From IMG/VR virus record IMGVR_UViG_2671181134_000015: 38,518 bases of DNA; one strand, given 5' to 3'. The stretch comes from a virus (taxonomy: Duplodnaviria > Heunggongvirae > Uroviricota > Caudoviricetes). The notes under the pieces were generated by a model. That model had not been told where the DNA came from, did no database searches, and saw only the letters and a program-made list of their open reading frames with translations. This document shows positions 18,912-27,978 of this stretch, one piece after another. Made by a program: the position numbers and the translations under genes. Position 1 is the stretch's first letter; each line of letters starts with the position of its first letter.

Positions 18912-19405
18912 CAGACCAGCTCCGCATAAATGCGGGTGACACCGCGTATGTCTGATATTGCCCAGCGGGCATCCCGCCACAAATCCTCAACCTGCATGTC
19001 CAGCGCGTCAGCCCTGCGGTCGCCTTTATCGGTGGTATCCACATCCCGGGTGCGCTCCAGTACAAACGCGCGGGTGAGTGCGAAAACGGCCCTGCGGTAG
19101 CGGTGGACGTGTACACTCTCTCCGTTCACCTGCGTGGCCGGAACGTCAGCCAGTGAGGCCGCGCCTTCAGCCATCCGCTCACGTTTCCAGAGCTCCAGTT
19201 CGGCGATCACATGGGCGACCGCTTCCGTTGCTGCATGTAACAGACGGGTTGTTGTTGTCCTCCCCGGAATGCGGGAAGCCAGGCGAATTTCATGCAGTGA
19301 GATCGCCGGCCAGAAGTCACCCGCGCTCACCATGGCGTCGCCGTCATCGGTGTCGGTGGTATCTGTGTCAGCGCTGTTCACGCGGGGTCTGGCTATCAGA
19401 CTCAT
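18911..19405 (-). CDS. Head completion/stabilisation protein gpL-like
   Basis: 164 aa, position after M. Confidence 0.8.
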   Translation of the reverse strand: MSLIARPRVNSADTDTTDTDDGDAMVSAGDFWPAISLHEIRLASRIPGRTTTTRLLHAATEAVAHVIAELELWKRERMAEGAASLADVPATQVNGESVHVHRYRRAVFALTRAFVLERTRDVDTTDKGDRRADALDMQVEDLWRDARWAISDIRGVTRIYAELV

Positions 19406-19509
19406 GCCTGTCTCCGTAAAAATCAGGCGGTGGGCAACCGGTAAAAAGAACGCGAAGCCTGTTCAGATCACCGGTTGCGCCGCCTGCCGACGAGGTGCGG
19501 TTCGTTAAA

Positions 19510-20307
19510 TCAGTTTGTTTTGCGCGCGGCTTTTTTCTGGCTGGCAGCGCTTTTCTTTTTTGCGCTGCTCTTTTTCCCGCCGGTGGTGGTTTTCCTGCCC
19601 GTTGTGGATGCAGGCACCACCTGATTTCCGTCTGCCAGTTTCCTGACCGCGCGCTCCAGCGTGGCAATTTCACGCTTCACTCCCGAAGCCGGATTGATCC
19701 GCATGGCTTCACGTAACAGGCTCAGCGACAGACGCAGATCATCGGGAGAGGAGGAGGCGCGGCGGGAAAATGCGCGTGCCTTGTGCAGTTTTGACCTGAC
19801 CTGGTCCGGCATATCCTGCTCACTGACCAGGTGGTTCAGCTCATCAAGCATGGCGGTGTACACAGACAAATCCGCCTCGCTGTCCGTTGTGGCCTGCGTC
19901 AGAACGGCGTCAGTAATCTCTTCAGCCAGTACCGTGGCGGCGTCACGGCCAAAGTTATCCGGCAGCGCCAGACCATGGCGGATCACGTACTCCCCGATAC
20001 GCAGTGCCAGCGGGTAGTCACGGCAGTCAATGGCCCACACCATCATGGTGGTGATGACCTCATCCTGGCGTCCGCTGTCTCCTGCCAGGGTGCCTTCAAT
20101 CCACCCTTCAAAGTCAGGCAACAGATGTTTTTTAAGCTCTGCCCTGGCGACGTTTGACTGAATACCCTTCAGCTGCATCTGTGCCAGCCTTAACTGGTGA
20201 AGGACCTGTTCATGTGCGGTTCTTTCCCGTTGTGTTTCCCGGGCGTTCATGGTCACCCGGTTGCGGGCCACCGCCTGTTGCACATAGCGTTGTGCCGGTG
20301 TCAGCAT
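19510..20307 (-). CDS. Terminase small (endonuclease) subunit gpM-like
   Basis: 265 aa, position after N; Lys-rich C-terminal tail. Confidence 0.8.
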   Translation of the reverse strand: MLTPAQRYVQQAVARNRVTMNARETQRERTAHEQVLHQLRLAQMQLKGIQSNVARAELKKHLLPDFEGWIEGTLAGDSGRQDEVITTMMVWAIDCRDYPLALRIGEYVIRHGLALPDNFGRDAATVLAEEITDAVLTQATTDSEADLSVYTAMLDELNHLVSEQDMPDQVRSKLHKARAFSRRASSSPDDLRLSLSLLREAMRINPASGVKREIATLERAVRKLADGNQVVPASTTGRKTTTGGKKSSAKKKSAASQKKAARKTN

Positions 20308-20347
20308 TTCTCAGCTCCTGTTAACGGGCGCGGCGCGCCCGTCCGGG

Positions 20348-21448
20348 TTATGCTTCGGGTTGCGGCTGTCCGCTTTCGGCGTTGTTGTCCGGATCTTCAC
20401 CTGCGAAGGTGATCCCCTCAATCAGCGCGCATTTTCCGTAGTCTTCCACCACGTAGCAGTCATTCATGGACTGGTAAGTCGCGATACGGTTGTATTCCGG
20501 CTCCTCGCGAATGAAACGGCGCAGTGAGCCTTTCTGGAAGTAGATCGACAGGTTTTTCAGCGACGTGATGAGCATGGCGTCTTTCGGGAAGTACGGCGCA
20601 AGATACGTCTGAAGACCACCGACGGTACGGGACGCCACAATCAGCTGCCCGGCAACAAGCTCAGTGTTCGGGTTGGTGGTGCTGATGGCGTTAATCATGG
20701 GAAGACGCAGTGTATTGAACAGATCCCGCCCCATCAGTACGACCAGATCCGGTGCGTCCTTATGCCATTCATCCAGCACGGATGAGCGGATGTCGTGCAC
20801 CATGGCATCCGGGTTACCATAGTCACCTTTTGCCACCAGTTTGTTTTCATCATCGCGACGGGTCAGGGTCATCCCTTTAACCACGCGGGTGGCAGCCTTG
20901 TCGCGGATGTGTTTCAGCCAGCCCGGGTTGACGTCCTGCAGGAGAGGGTTGGTGGCACGATCGGAAATCAGCGCGTGTGACTCCCCGTTGAAACCAATCA
21001 TGATTCGATCCAGGGCTACCTGGCGGGTGATTTGCGCGCTCAGCAGTTGCTGAAAGTTTTTCTGGCTGCTCCATGCGTCAATCTGTGCGTAGCTGATGAA
21101 GGTATCGTAGTTCACCTGCTCGCAGCGGTAACGGCGTGCATCCAGATCAGCAACTGATGCAGGATTGCGGCGTTTCACTCCGTCGCTCGTTGCGTTCGTG
21201 CTGGCAATGGGGCCGCTGGTGTCAATCAGGACTTTTTCACCTTCCTGGTCATCCACACCGATAAAATTGATTTCCTGTAACAGTCCGGCGCTTTCCTTGA
21301 TGGCGTTCTCCATCTTCTGCTGAATGGATGGATCCACGCTGAAGGTTTTACCCAGGCGCTCTGTTGTGATACCAGCCAGCGATGCCTGCTGAATCATATA
21401 GCGTTCCAGACTGTCACGTCCTTCACGGGAAAGGGATAAACGGGCCAT
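20348..21448 (-). CDS. Major capsid protein gpN-like
   Basis: 366 aa, position between O and M. Confidence 0.85.
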   Translation of the reverse strand: MARLSLSREGRDSLERYMIQQASLAGITTERLGKTFSVDPSIQQKMENAIKESAGLLQEINFIGVDDQEGEKVLIDTSGPIASTNATSDGVKRRNPASVADLDARRYRCEQVNYDTFISYAQIDAWSSQKNFQQLLSAQITRQVALDRIMIGFNGESHALISDRATNPLLQDVNPGWLKHIRDKAATRVVKGMTLTRRDDENKLVAKGDYGNPDAMVHDIRSSVLDEWHKDAPDLVVLMGRDLFNTLRLPMINAISTTNPNTELVAGQLIVASRTVGGLQTYLAPYFPKDAMLITSLKNLSIYFQKGSLRRFIREEPEYNRIATYQSMNDCYVVEDYGKCALIEGITFAGEDPDNNAESGQPQPEA

Positions 21449-21465
21449 AAATTACTCTTCTCCTG

Positions 21466-22302
21466 TCAGAATTCAGCCAGTGTCTGGTCAGTGCCGCCAG
21501 CGGAAGTAAAACGCTGCTGTGGATCGGCATCCTGGTTTCTCAGTTGCGCTTTCAGTGCTGCAAGCTCGTGACTGAGCTCATCCAGCGCCGTTTTGTCGAG
21601 GGCATGTTTCTGCTCCAGAGTGCTGAAACGGTCGATAAGATCTGCATGATCGGATGCGATGTTTTCCACAACGTCGCGCAGCTGGCTGAACTGCTCGCCA
21701 TCCGCTGTGCGTGTTTTGCTGATGAGTGCCATGACGCGGCTGAACCACTGACGGCTCTCTTCCGTTCGCTGTTCTGTGGTGGTAAGCATCTCTGCTTCCA
21801 TGGCGACGGTGAACATGGAGGGTTCTGTTGTGCACTTACTGAACTGCATGATGCTGGCGCGTTGCTGTGCGGCAAACTTCAGGCGTTCAGTGCCCAGACT
21901 TGCTGGCGTGTCGGTCATTGCCAGACCCACAATGTAAGGCCCCTTGACGGCGTCCAGCTCAGGCAACATCTCAATGCTCGAATACACTTTTTTCCCGTCA
22001 GCAATCATGTTTTTCATGCGGTCGGTGGGTTCAATTTCGGCATATAACGCTGTACGCCCTGCCAGTTTCCCTTCGGTGATTTCATCAGTTGACAGAGCGA
22101 TCAGATCACCCACTGCGCAGAGTTCACTGGATGGCCACATCGAAAGGACGTGCTCAATGTTCACCCGGGAGGCGTAAACGGACGGGTCATAGTTTTCTGC
22201 GGCCTGACGCAGCATTTCACCAGAAATTTCACGTCCGTCGATGGTTGAACCGGAAACGGCAACGCGAAATTTTTTGCGCTCTGGCGTGTTTTTGCTTCCC
22301 AT
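21466..22302 (-). CDS. Capsid scaffolding protein gpO-like
   Basis: ERKKFRVAVSGSTIDGREI resembles the P2 O N-terminus; start at MGSKNT with GGAG RBS. Confidence 0.8.
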   Translation of the reverse strand: MGSKNTPERKKFRVAVSGSTIDGREISGEMLRQAAENYDPSVYASRVNIEHVLSMWPSSELCAVGDLIALSTDEITEGKLAGRTALYAEIEPTDRMKNMIADGKKVYSSIEMLPELDAVKGPYIVGLAMTDTPASLGTERLKFAAQQRASIMQFSKCTTEPSMFTVAMEAEMLTTTEQRTEESRQWFSRVMALISKTRTADGEQFSQLRDVVENIASDHADLIDRFSTLEQKHALDKTALDELSHELAALKAQLRNQDADPQQRFTSAGGTDQTLAEF

Positions 22303-22374
22303 GGAAATTCTCCATAACCTGGTCGTTTTTCCCATGATGGCGGCAGATAACGGTGTGTCTCAAGGTGCTGAAGT

Positions 22375-22392
22375 TGTATGGCGACGGGGACA
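22375..22392. promoter_or_regulatory. TGT-N12-ACA dyad (Ogr-type late-promoter activator site) in the divergent O/P intergenic region
   Basis: Exact TGTATGGCGACGGGGACA; centred about 55-65 bp from the proposed O (22302) and P (22458) start codons. Confidence 0.4.
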
Positions 22393-22457
22393 ACACGGGC
22401 AAGTATCAGGCGGTATTGCTGAGGCTTAATCTTGCCCTGTTAATGTCAGGGGGTGCA

Positions 22458-24191
22458 ATGATCCAGGATGTCTTTATTCGTATGCGGGCGAAACAGCTTT
22501 ACTGGCAGGGGTATACCCCGGCGGATATCGCTCAGCTGATGGGAATAAACCAGAACACGATTTATTCGTGGAAAAAACGCGATGAGTGGGATGCCACCCC
22601 CCCGATCCAGCGGGTCACCCAGTCCATTGATGCACGCCTGATACAGCTCACCGCCAAACCGGATAAAAGCGGCGGTGACTTTAAGGAAATTGACCTGCTG
22701 ACGCGCCAGCTGAAAAAACTGAATGACGGTCAGGGAGAACAGGCTGTTTCCGGTAAGAAGCCCCGCAGGCGCAAACTGAAAAATCACTTCACCGAAGAGC
22801 AGATTGTCGCACTCAGGGAAAAAATCCTGCCGTCACTGGCCTGGCATCAGCGCGAATGGTACGACAACCGCCATCACCGCAACCGCATGATCCTGAAGTC
22901 GCGTCAGATTGGTGCGACCTGGTATTTTGCGCGCGAAGCACTCCTTGATGCACTGCGTGATGATGTCTCCGCCGGGTACCAGCGCAACCAGATATTTTTG
23001 TCCGCATCCCGTCGCCAGGCGTATCAGTTCAAACACTTTATTCAGCAGGCGGCGCTGGAAGTTGATGTCGAACTGAAAGGGGGTGACAAGATTGTTTTGT
23101 CTAACGGTGCAGAGCTTCACTTCCTTGGCACATCGGCAGCAACCGCTCAGTCGTATACCGGACACCTTAAATTTGATGAATTTTTCTGGGTCAGTAATTT
23201 TGTGCAGTTGCGAAAGGTGGCTGGCGCAATGGCAACCCTGAAAGGCCTTACCCGTACCTACTTTTCAACGCCATCGGGTGAAACGCATGAAGCTTATCAG
23301 TTCTGGACGGGGGATCGCTGGAACAGTGAGCGTCCCCGCTCAAAACGCACTGAATTCGATGTGTCTCATTCGAACCTGAAAGGGGGCGTGCTCTTCCCGG
23401 ATAAAACATGGCGGCAGATTGTCACCATTGAGGATGCAGTCGCGAACGGGTGGGAATATACGAGCATTGACGATATCCGGGATGAAAACACCGAAAGCGA
23501 ATTTCGTAACCTGTACATGTGCGAGTTCGTGCGTGATGGCGAGGCGGCGTTCAGTCTGAATGCGCTGATCGGCTGTGGTGTGGATGGATACGACGAATGG
23601 CCTGACTGGAAACCTTTTGCTGCGCGTCCGATGGGCGTGCGGGAAGTCTGGCTCGGGTACGACGCCAACGGCAGCAGCGGGAAGGGGGACTGCGGGGCGC
23701 TGTCGGTCTGCGTACCTCCACGGGTTACAGGCGGTCGTTTTCGTACCGTGGAGACGGTCAGGGTGCAGGGTATGGAGTTTGAACAGCAGGCGGCCCTGAT
23801 TGAGGAATACACCCAAAAATATAACGTGAAACATATCGGCATTGATGTGACCGGCGGGAACGGGGAGGGGGTTTATCAGATTGTGAAAAAGTTTTTCCCG
23901 ATGGCCGTACCGTACAACTTCAATATCGCCTCCAAGCGGGCACTGGTCATGAAAATGCTTCAGGTGGTGCGTGCCGGACGCTGGGAGTATGACCGCAGTG
24001 AACGTGACCTGATCCAGGCATTCGCATCGGTGCGAAAAATACAGACACCCGGCGGCTATATCACCTATGACACCGACCGCTCCCGCGGTGTGAGTCATGG
24101 GGATCTTGCCTGGGCAACCATGCTTGCTGTTATCAATGAGCCAATTGGTGCGGAGCGTGAGGATAATCGCGGCTTTGCAATGGAGTTCTGA
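22458..24191 (+). CDS. Terminase large (ATPase) subunit gpP-like
   Basis: N-terminal HTH LYWQGYTPADIAQLMGINQNTIYSWKK typical of gpP; about 577 aa from MIQDV with AGGGGG RBS; the ORF track begins at a GTG at 22353 that lies inside the promoter region. Confidence 0.85.
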   Translation: MIQDVFIRMRAKQLYWQGYTPADIAQLMGINQNTIYSWKKRDEWDATPPIQRVTQSIDARLIQLTAKPDKSGGDFKEIDLLTRQLKKLNDGQGEQAVSGKKPRRRKLKNHFTEEQIVALREKILPSLAWHQREWYDNRHHRNRMILKSRQIGATWYFAREALLDALRDDVSAGYQRNQIFLSASRRQAYQFKHFIQQAALEVDVELKGGDKIVLSNGAELHFLGTSAATAQSYTGHLKFDEFFWVSNFVQLRKVAGAMATLKGLTRTYFSTPSGETHEAYQFWTGDRWNSERPRSKRTEFDVSHSNLKGGVLFPDKTWRQIVTIEDAVANGWEYTSIDDIRDENTESEFRNLYMCEFVRDGEAAFSLNALIGCGVDGYDEWPDWKPFAARPMGVREVWLGYDANGSSGKGDCGALSVCVPPRVTGGRFRTVETVRVQGMEFEQQAALIEEYTQKYNVKHIGIDVTGGNGEGVYQIVKKFFPMAVPYNFNIASKRALVMKMLQVVRAGRWEYDRSERDLIQAFASVRKIQTPGGYITYDTDRSRGVSHGDLAWATMLAVINEPIGAEREDNRGFAMEF

Positions 24192-24196
24192 ACACA

Positions 24197-25240
24197 ATGA
24201 GTAAACGCAAAAAATACACCGGAAAGCGGGGGCAGGATTCGCTACACGATGCACTGAAATCAACGCCTGCACTCAGCGCATTCACCTTTGATGGGCCCTA
24301 TGAAGTCAGCCGCATGGATCTCCTGGATAACATGTCATGTGCAGATAACGGGCGCTACTTTGATACCCCCATGGACTGGAACGCTATCGCCCGTGCATCC
24401 CGTCGTGCGTCCTGGCATCAGTCGGCTTTGTACTTCAAGCGCAACGCCCTGAACGGGTGCTTTGTTCCTCACCCTCTGCTGTCCCGCCAGGCGTTTTCAG
24501 CCTTTGCGCTCGACTGGTTTGTGTTTGGTAATGCCTATCTTGAAGTGCGGCGTAACAGGCTGGGGGAACCACTCCTGCTTCGCCCGGCACTGGCAAAATA
24601 TACACGCAGGGGAAGTGACCTGGATACCTACTGGTATCTCAACGACGACGGTACGGAGTTCAGTTTCAGGAAAGGGACTGTGTGCCACGTGCTTAATCCT
24701 GATATTAATCAGGAGATCTACGGGATGCCGGAATATATCGGCGGGTTGCTGTCTGTCAGCCTGTCAAACTCAGCGGATACATTCCGCAAGCTCTACTACG
24801 ATAACGGCTCGCATGCCGGGTGTATTATCTATGTAGGCACACCTCAGGCGAATGCGGAAAGTGTCGAGGCCATTAAAAAAACGCTTACGGATTCCCGTGG
24901 TCGCGGGGCGTTTAAAAACCTGTTTCTTCATGCGCCGGGTGGTGGCAAGGATGGTGTGCAAATACTGCCGTTCCAGCAGATAACCGCAAAGGATGAATTC
25001 CTGAACATCAAGGGGAGCGCCCGCGACGATATCCTTGCTGCCCATCGTGTACCACCTCAACTGATGGGGGCAATGCCTGACGGGAATGCGGCGTTTGGTG
25101 ACGTTGAGAAAGCGGCGAGGGTGTTTTTCATCAACGAGTTGCAACCTGTCATGGAGGCCATGAAGCATGTCAATGAATGGCTTGGCGTTGAGGTGATGCG
25201 CTTTAACCCCTATGCCCTGCTTCTGGATAACGCCAGCTGA
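24197..25240 (+). CDS. Portal protein gpQ-like
   Basis: 347 aa immediately after P; size as P2 Q. Confidence 0.85.
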   Translation: MSKRKKYTGKRGQDSLHDALKSTPALSAFTFDGPYEVSRMDLLDNMSCADNGRYFDTPMDWNAIARASRRASWHQSALYFKRNALNGCFVPHPLLSRQAFSAFALDWFVFGNAYLEVRRNRLGEPLLLRPALAKYTRRGSDLDTYWYLNDDGTEFSFRKGTVCHVLNPDINQEIYGMPEYIGGLLSVSLSNSADTFRKLYYDNGSHAGCIIYVGTPQANAESVEAIKKTLTDSRGRGAFKNLFLHAPGGGKDGVQILPFQQITAKDEFLNIKGSARDDILAAHRVPPQLMGAMPDGNAAFGDVEKAARVFFINELQPVMEAMKHVNEWLGVEVMRFNPYALLLDNAS

Positions 25241-25305
25241 CGCGCTTCGCTTGTCTGCTGCTTCGCCGGGGCATAAAAAATTTATGCCCCGACTCTCCAG
25301 CTCTC

Positions 25306-25809
25306 TTAACGGAATGCGGATGGCGTTCTTCTTTGCAGCTTGCTGATAATATGCATCTTCATACTGTTTACTATCGGCAGCCATTCCCTGTCACCGTCTC
25401 CGTTGATGACCACGCGAATGGAGGTATCATCTTCCACGCGAACCCGAAGAGATACACCGTCTTTTCCGACGGAATGTAACTCCATTGCCAGGACTATGTT
25501 TACCGACTCTCCTTCATCGTGTGAGTCAACCCATGTTCTTACAGCCATCCGGAATATGTTATCTGTGTCGGTTGCAATCATATTTACCGGAAATGGCCTG
25601 AAGTCCCGATCGTTTCTGCACGGAAACCCCGTATCAACGTAACGATGATGCTCGCCGTCTTTGTCTTCCCATGTCTCTGAAGGCAATTCCAGCCACTGCT
25701 CATAAAAAGCAACCAGCTTTTCAGCCTGATTGCGCAGAATCCCTGTAACCTCCCGCCTCGCGTCCCGGCTCTTTTTGTTTGCCAGGTACAAATCGCGAAA
25801 ATGGCTCAT
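25306..25809 (-). CDS. Hypothetical protein (167 aa) in the accessory region between the portal gene and the early region
   Basis: Long ORF; no family recognised. Confidence 0.45.
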   Translation of the reverse strand: MSHFRDLYLANKKSRDARREVTGILRNQAEKLVAFYEQWLELPSETWEDKDGEHHRYVDTGFPCRNDRDFRPFPVNMIATDTDNIFRMAVRTWVDSHDEGESVNIVLAMELHSVGKDGVSLRVRVEDDTSIRVVINGDGDREWLPIVNSMKMHIISKLQRRTPSAFR

Positions 25810-26429
25810 GTCGCTCTCCTTTGGTCTGTTTATGCCAGCCTGTATTCTGCGCTCACCTCATATTGTGCGCAAGTTTTCACCCGTGAATGACTGATACTTT
25901 AAATTCTATTAACTTTATGATTTCAGTGATTTTTGTCTCTCTTTTTTATCCCGTTCGTCACGTCCGTTTCCCTCCCGATCTCCGACCTCGCCAGACGCAA
26001 TCAGACGCATTCTGACGGCCTGTTTCCCTGACCATGTTTTGATGTGGTTTTTCAAAACTGGCTTCACTGCGCGCGTATCACGCGCAATACGACCCCAAAT
26101 AAAGCAACCTGCCTTCCACCCCTCAATTCGGGCGCCCTTCCCTCGTCGCCTGCGCGCTGCAATTGCCTCGTTTTTCGTGCACCGTGCAAAGTGGCTTCAG
26201 CCCGCGCCGTTACTGGGCTGAGTGGGGATGAAACACATAAGAAAAATTGTGCAATTTCGTGCACTTTTGTGCAGTTTGAAACGGGTATCTGTTTGACACT
26301 GGTACTTACTTTGCGCTAACTTTACTCGACCAGAAATTTCAATGAATCGGATGAGGTTGTTTGTCATACGACCTCGGTTAGCTAGGTTGCCTTAATCAAA
26401 AGGCATGTTTGATACTGGAGGAGGTTAAT

Positions 26430-26465
26430 ATGAATAAAGCATTTGACGAATTTGATGGATTCTGA
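26430..26465 (+). CDS. 11-codon mini-ORF (MNKAFDEFDGF) with strong Shine-Dalgarno; candidate leader peptide
   Basis: GGAGGAGG at 26417-26424, 5 nt before ATG; followed 9 nt later by an intrinsic terminator. Confidence 0.3.
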   Translation: MNKAFDEFDGF

Positions 26466-26473
26466 ATGTGTTA

Positions 26474-26502
26474 ACCTCGATAAGGCGGAGACTGATCTCC
26501 GC
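26474..26502 (+). terminator. Intrinsic terminator (GGCGGAG-ACTGAT-CTCCGCC plus T6ATT) immediately upstream of the 26524 ORF
   Basis: Perfect 7-bp GC-rich stem with T-run; lies between the mini-ORF and the downstream gene start. Confidence 0.55.
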
Positions 26503-26523
26503 CTTTTTTATTGGTAAAGAAAT

Positions 26524-27027
26524 ATGGCTATGGACTCAGTAACGATACAAATCATTAGCAATATGATAGTCCTGTTTGGTGTCATTGTTGCTATCTGTAC
26601 AATTATCTATAACGTTCGTACGGCAAAAAAAACACAAACCGCTAATTTTTTATTTGAAAGTCGCCAGGATAAGGAATACCTGGAATCATTACATCTCCTC
26701 AGGAGAATTCATCGCTCAGGGAAATCGTTTCGTGCTTATGTTTTTCCTTGTGAAGGCGGGGCTATTACGGAAGAGGAGATGACCGAACGTCGCAAGTTTC
26801 AGTACATTCTTAACTTTTACGAGAGAGTTGCAGTTAGTATCCGTGAAGGTATTTATGATGAAAGGATGATCAAACGAACGTCCTTTACAACGATTATTAC
26901 AACTTATGATATTGCAGAACCCCTGATTAAGGCTATCAGAGAAGATACTCAATCAAAAACAGCGTACCAGGAGTTTGAATGGCTGGTAAAACGATGGAAA
27001 GCTCGTCCTCTTGATAGGGATGTGTAG
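26524..27027 (+). CDS. AT-rich gene for a 167-aa protein with one N-terminal transmembrane anchor; candidate accessory or defence effector
   Basis: Hydrophobic helix TIQIISNMIVLFGVIVAICTIIY then basic RTAKK; clearly more AT-rich than the flanking phage genes by eye; opposite orientation to the early operon; position equivalent to P2 tin/old. Confidence 0.55.
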   Translation: MAMDSVTIQIISNMIVLFGVIVAICTIIYNVRTAKKTQTANFLFESRQDKEYLESLHLLRRIHRSGKSFRAYVFPCEGGAITEEEMTERRKFQYILNFYERVAVSIREGIYDERMIKRTSFTTIITTYDIAEPLIKAIREDTQSKTAYQEFEWLVKRWKARPLDRDV

Positions 27028-27042
27028 TTTATTTCTTGCATT

Positions 27043-27076
27043 AGAGCGAGGTTATTGGTGCCTCGCTCTTTAAATT
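27043..27076 (+). terminator. Hairpin (AGAGCGAGG-N9-CCTCGCTCT) between convergent genes
   Basis: 9-bp perfect stem followed by TTTAAATT; 16 nt after the stop of the 26524-27027 gene. Confidence 0.4.
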
Positions 27077-27392
27077 ATCGAGCCGTTCTTGCGCTCATGA
27101 TGCTTTGCGCCAGCAACTGCCAGCCCTCTTTCTGTTGCCCGCGCTTGTCCTGATACCTGTTTACCTGCAAGTTTCCGTGCACCAGAATCAGATCGCCTTT
27201 TCTGTGTTTTGCCAGTTCTTCGTGCTGCTTCCCGAATGCAATAAGGTAAAGCCACATTGTGGTTGGCTGTTCTGCGCCATGGCAGGGTAGTGATACCGCC
27301 AGTTGTGCCGTTGTGACGTTGGTTCCTTTGGTTGTTCTCCTTGTGTTCGGGTCTGCTGCCAGTCGTCCCTCTGTTGCAACCTGTGTTGGCAT
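27075..27392 (-). CDS. Short SSB-like OB-fold protein (putative single-stranded DNA-binding protein)
   Basis: EGRLAADPNTRRTTKGTNVTTAQLAV and later blocks follow the SSB OB-fold pattern; lacks the acidic C-terminal tail. Confidence 0.45.
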   Translation of the reverse strand: MPTQVATEGRLAADPNTRRTTKGTNVTTAQLAVSLPCHGAEQPTTMWLYLIAFGKQHEELAKHRKGDLILVHGNLQVNRYQDKRGQQKEGWQLLAQSIMSARTAR

Positions 27393-27424
27393 ATTTGTCT
27401 CCCGTGTTGGTTTTATTGTTGGGG

Positions 27425-27763
27425 TTAGATGGCTGGCAGATCTCCGCCAGCGCCGTAGATAAACAGAATTCGCTTCATGATTTCGCTGCGCTTACAGGCT
27501 TCGATGACTGATTTTTCCTGTTGCCATTCAGTCCTTTGCGCCAGTTCCTGTCGTTCCTTTTCCGTTGGCTTGCGATAATGCGTTATCTTGTCCGTGTACC
27601 CGTCCACAACCAGCAGCCCTTCGCGTACCATCTTCCCGGCGGCCTGATTAATGATGGTCCTTTTCACGCCCAGTTTTTCAACCAGCTCTGGTGCGCTGAA
27701 GCGTGCGTGCGTTTCCAGGTAGCGTAAAATGATTACCTTTCCGGTCATTCTGGGTGTCTTCAT
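27425..27763 (-). CDS. Putative winged-helix DNA-binding protein
   Basis: Helix-turn-helix-like segment SAPELVEKLGVKRTIINQAAGKMVREGLL. Confidence 0.4.
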   Translation of the reverse strand: MKTPRMTGKVIILRYLETHARFSAPELVEKLGVKRTIINQAAGKMVREGLLVVDGYTDKITHYRKPTEKERQELAQRTEWQQEKSVIEACKRSEIMKRILFIYGAGGDLPAI

Positions 27764-27969
27764 TTGGCGGCTCCTTCGTTGTTCCGGCGTTCGCGGAGTT
27801 CGGTCAGTGCTGCCAGTAAATTTTCCCACCATGTTTCTTCCACAACCGGATTTCGTCGTGAAAGCAGCTGCTGCGCCGACTCAATCATTTTCGTAAGCTC
27901 TTTGTCGCTGATCCTCCTGATGTCGTTCATGGTGTGCTCCTTCGGTTTGCTGTTTCTGGTCATGTTCAT
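27760..27969 (-). CDS. Hypothetical small protein (69 aa)
   Basis: ORF in the early operon, start-stop overlaps with neighbours. Confidence 0.35.
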   Translation of the reverse strand: MNMTRNSKPKEHTMNDIRRISDKELTKMIESAQQLLSRRNPVVEETWWENLLAALTELRERRNNEGAAK

Positions 27970-27978
27970 GGTCTTTTG

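Noticed and set aside
22353-22457. GTG start of the 612-aa terminase ORF
   Set aside because: Would place the Ogr-type dyad and promoter inside the coding region; ATG at 22458 has an AGGGGG RBS.
25241-25305. cos site immediately after the portal gene as in P2
   Set aside because: Only a perfect hairpin (25268-25290) is seen; no match to the recalled P2 cohesive-end sequence. The cos-like candidates were placed further right at low confidence.
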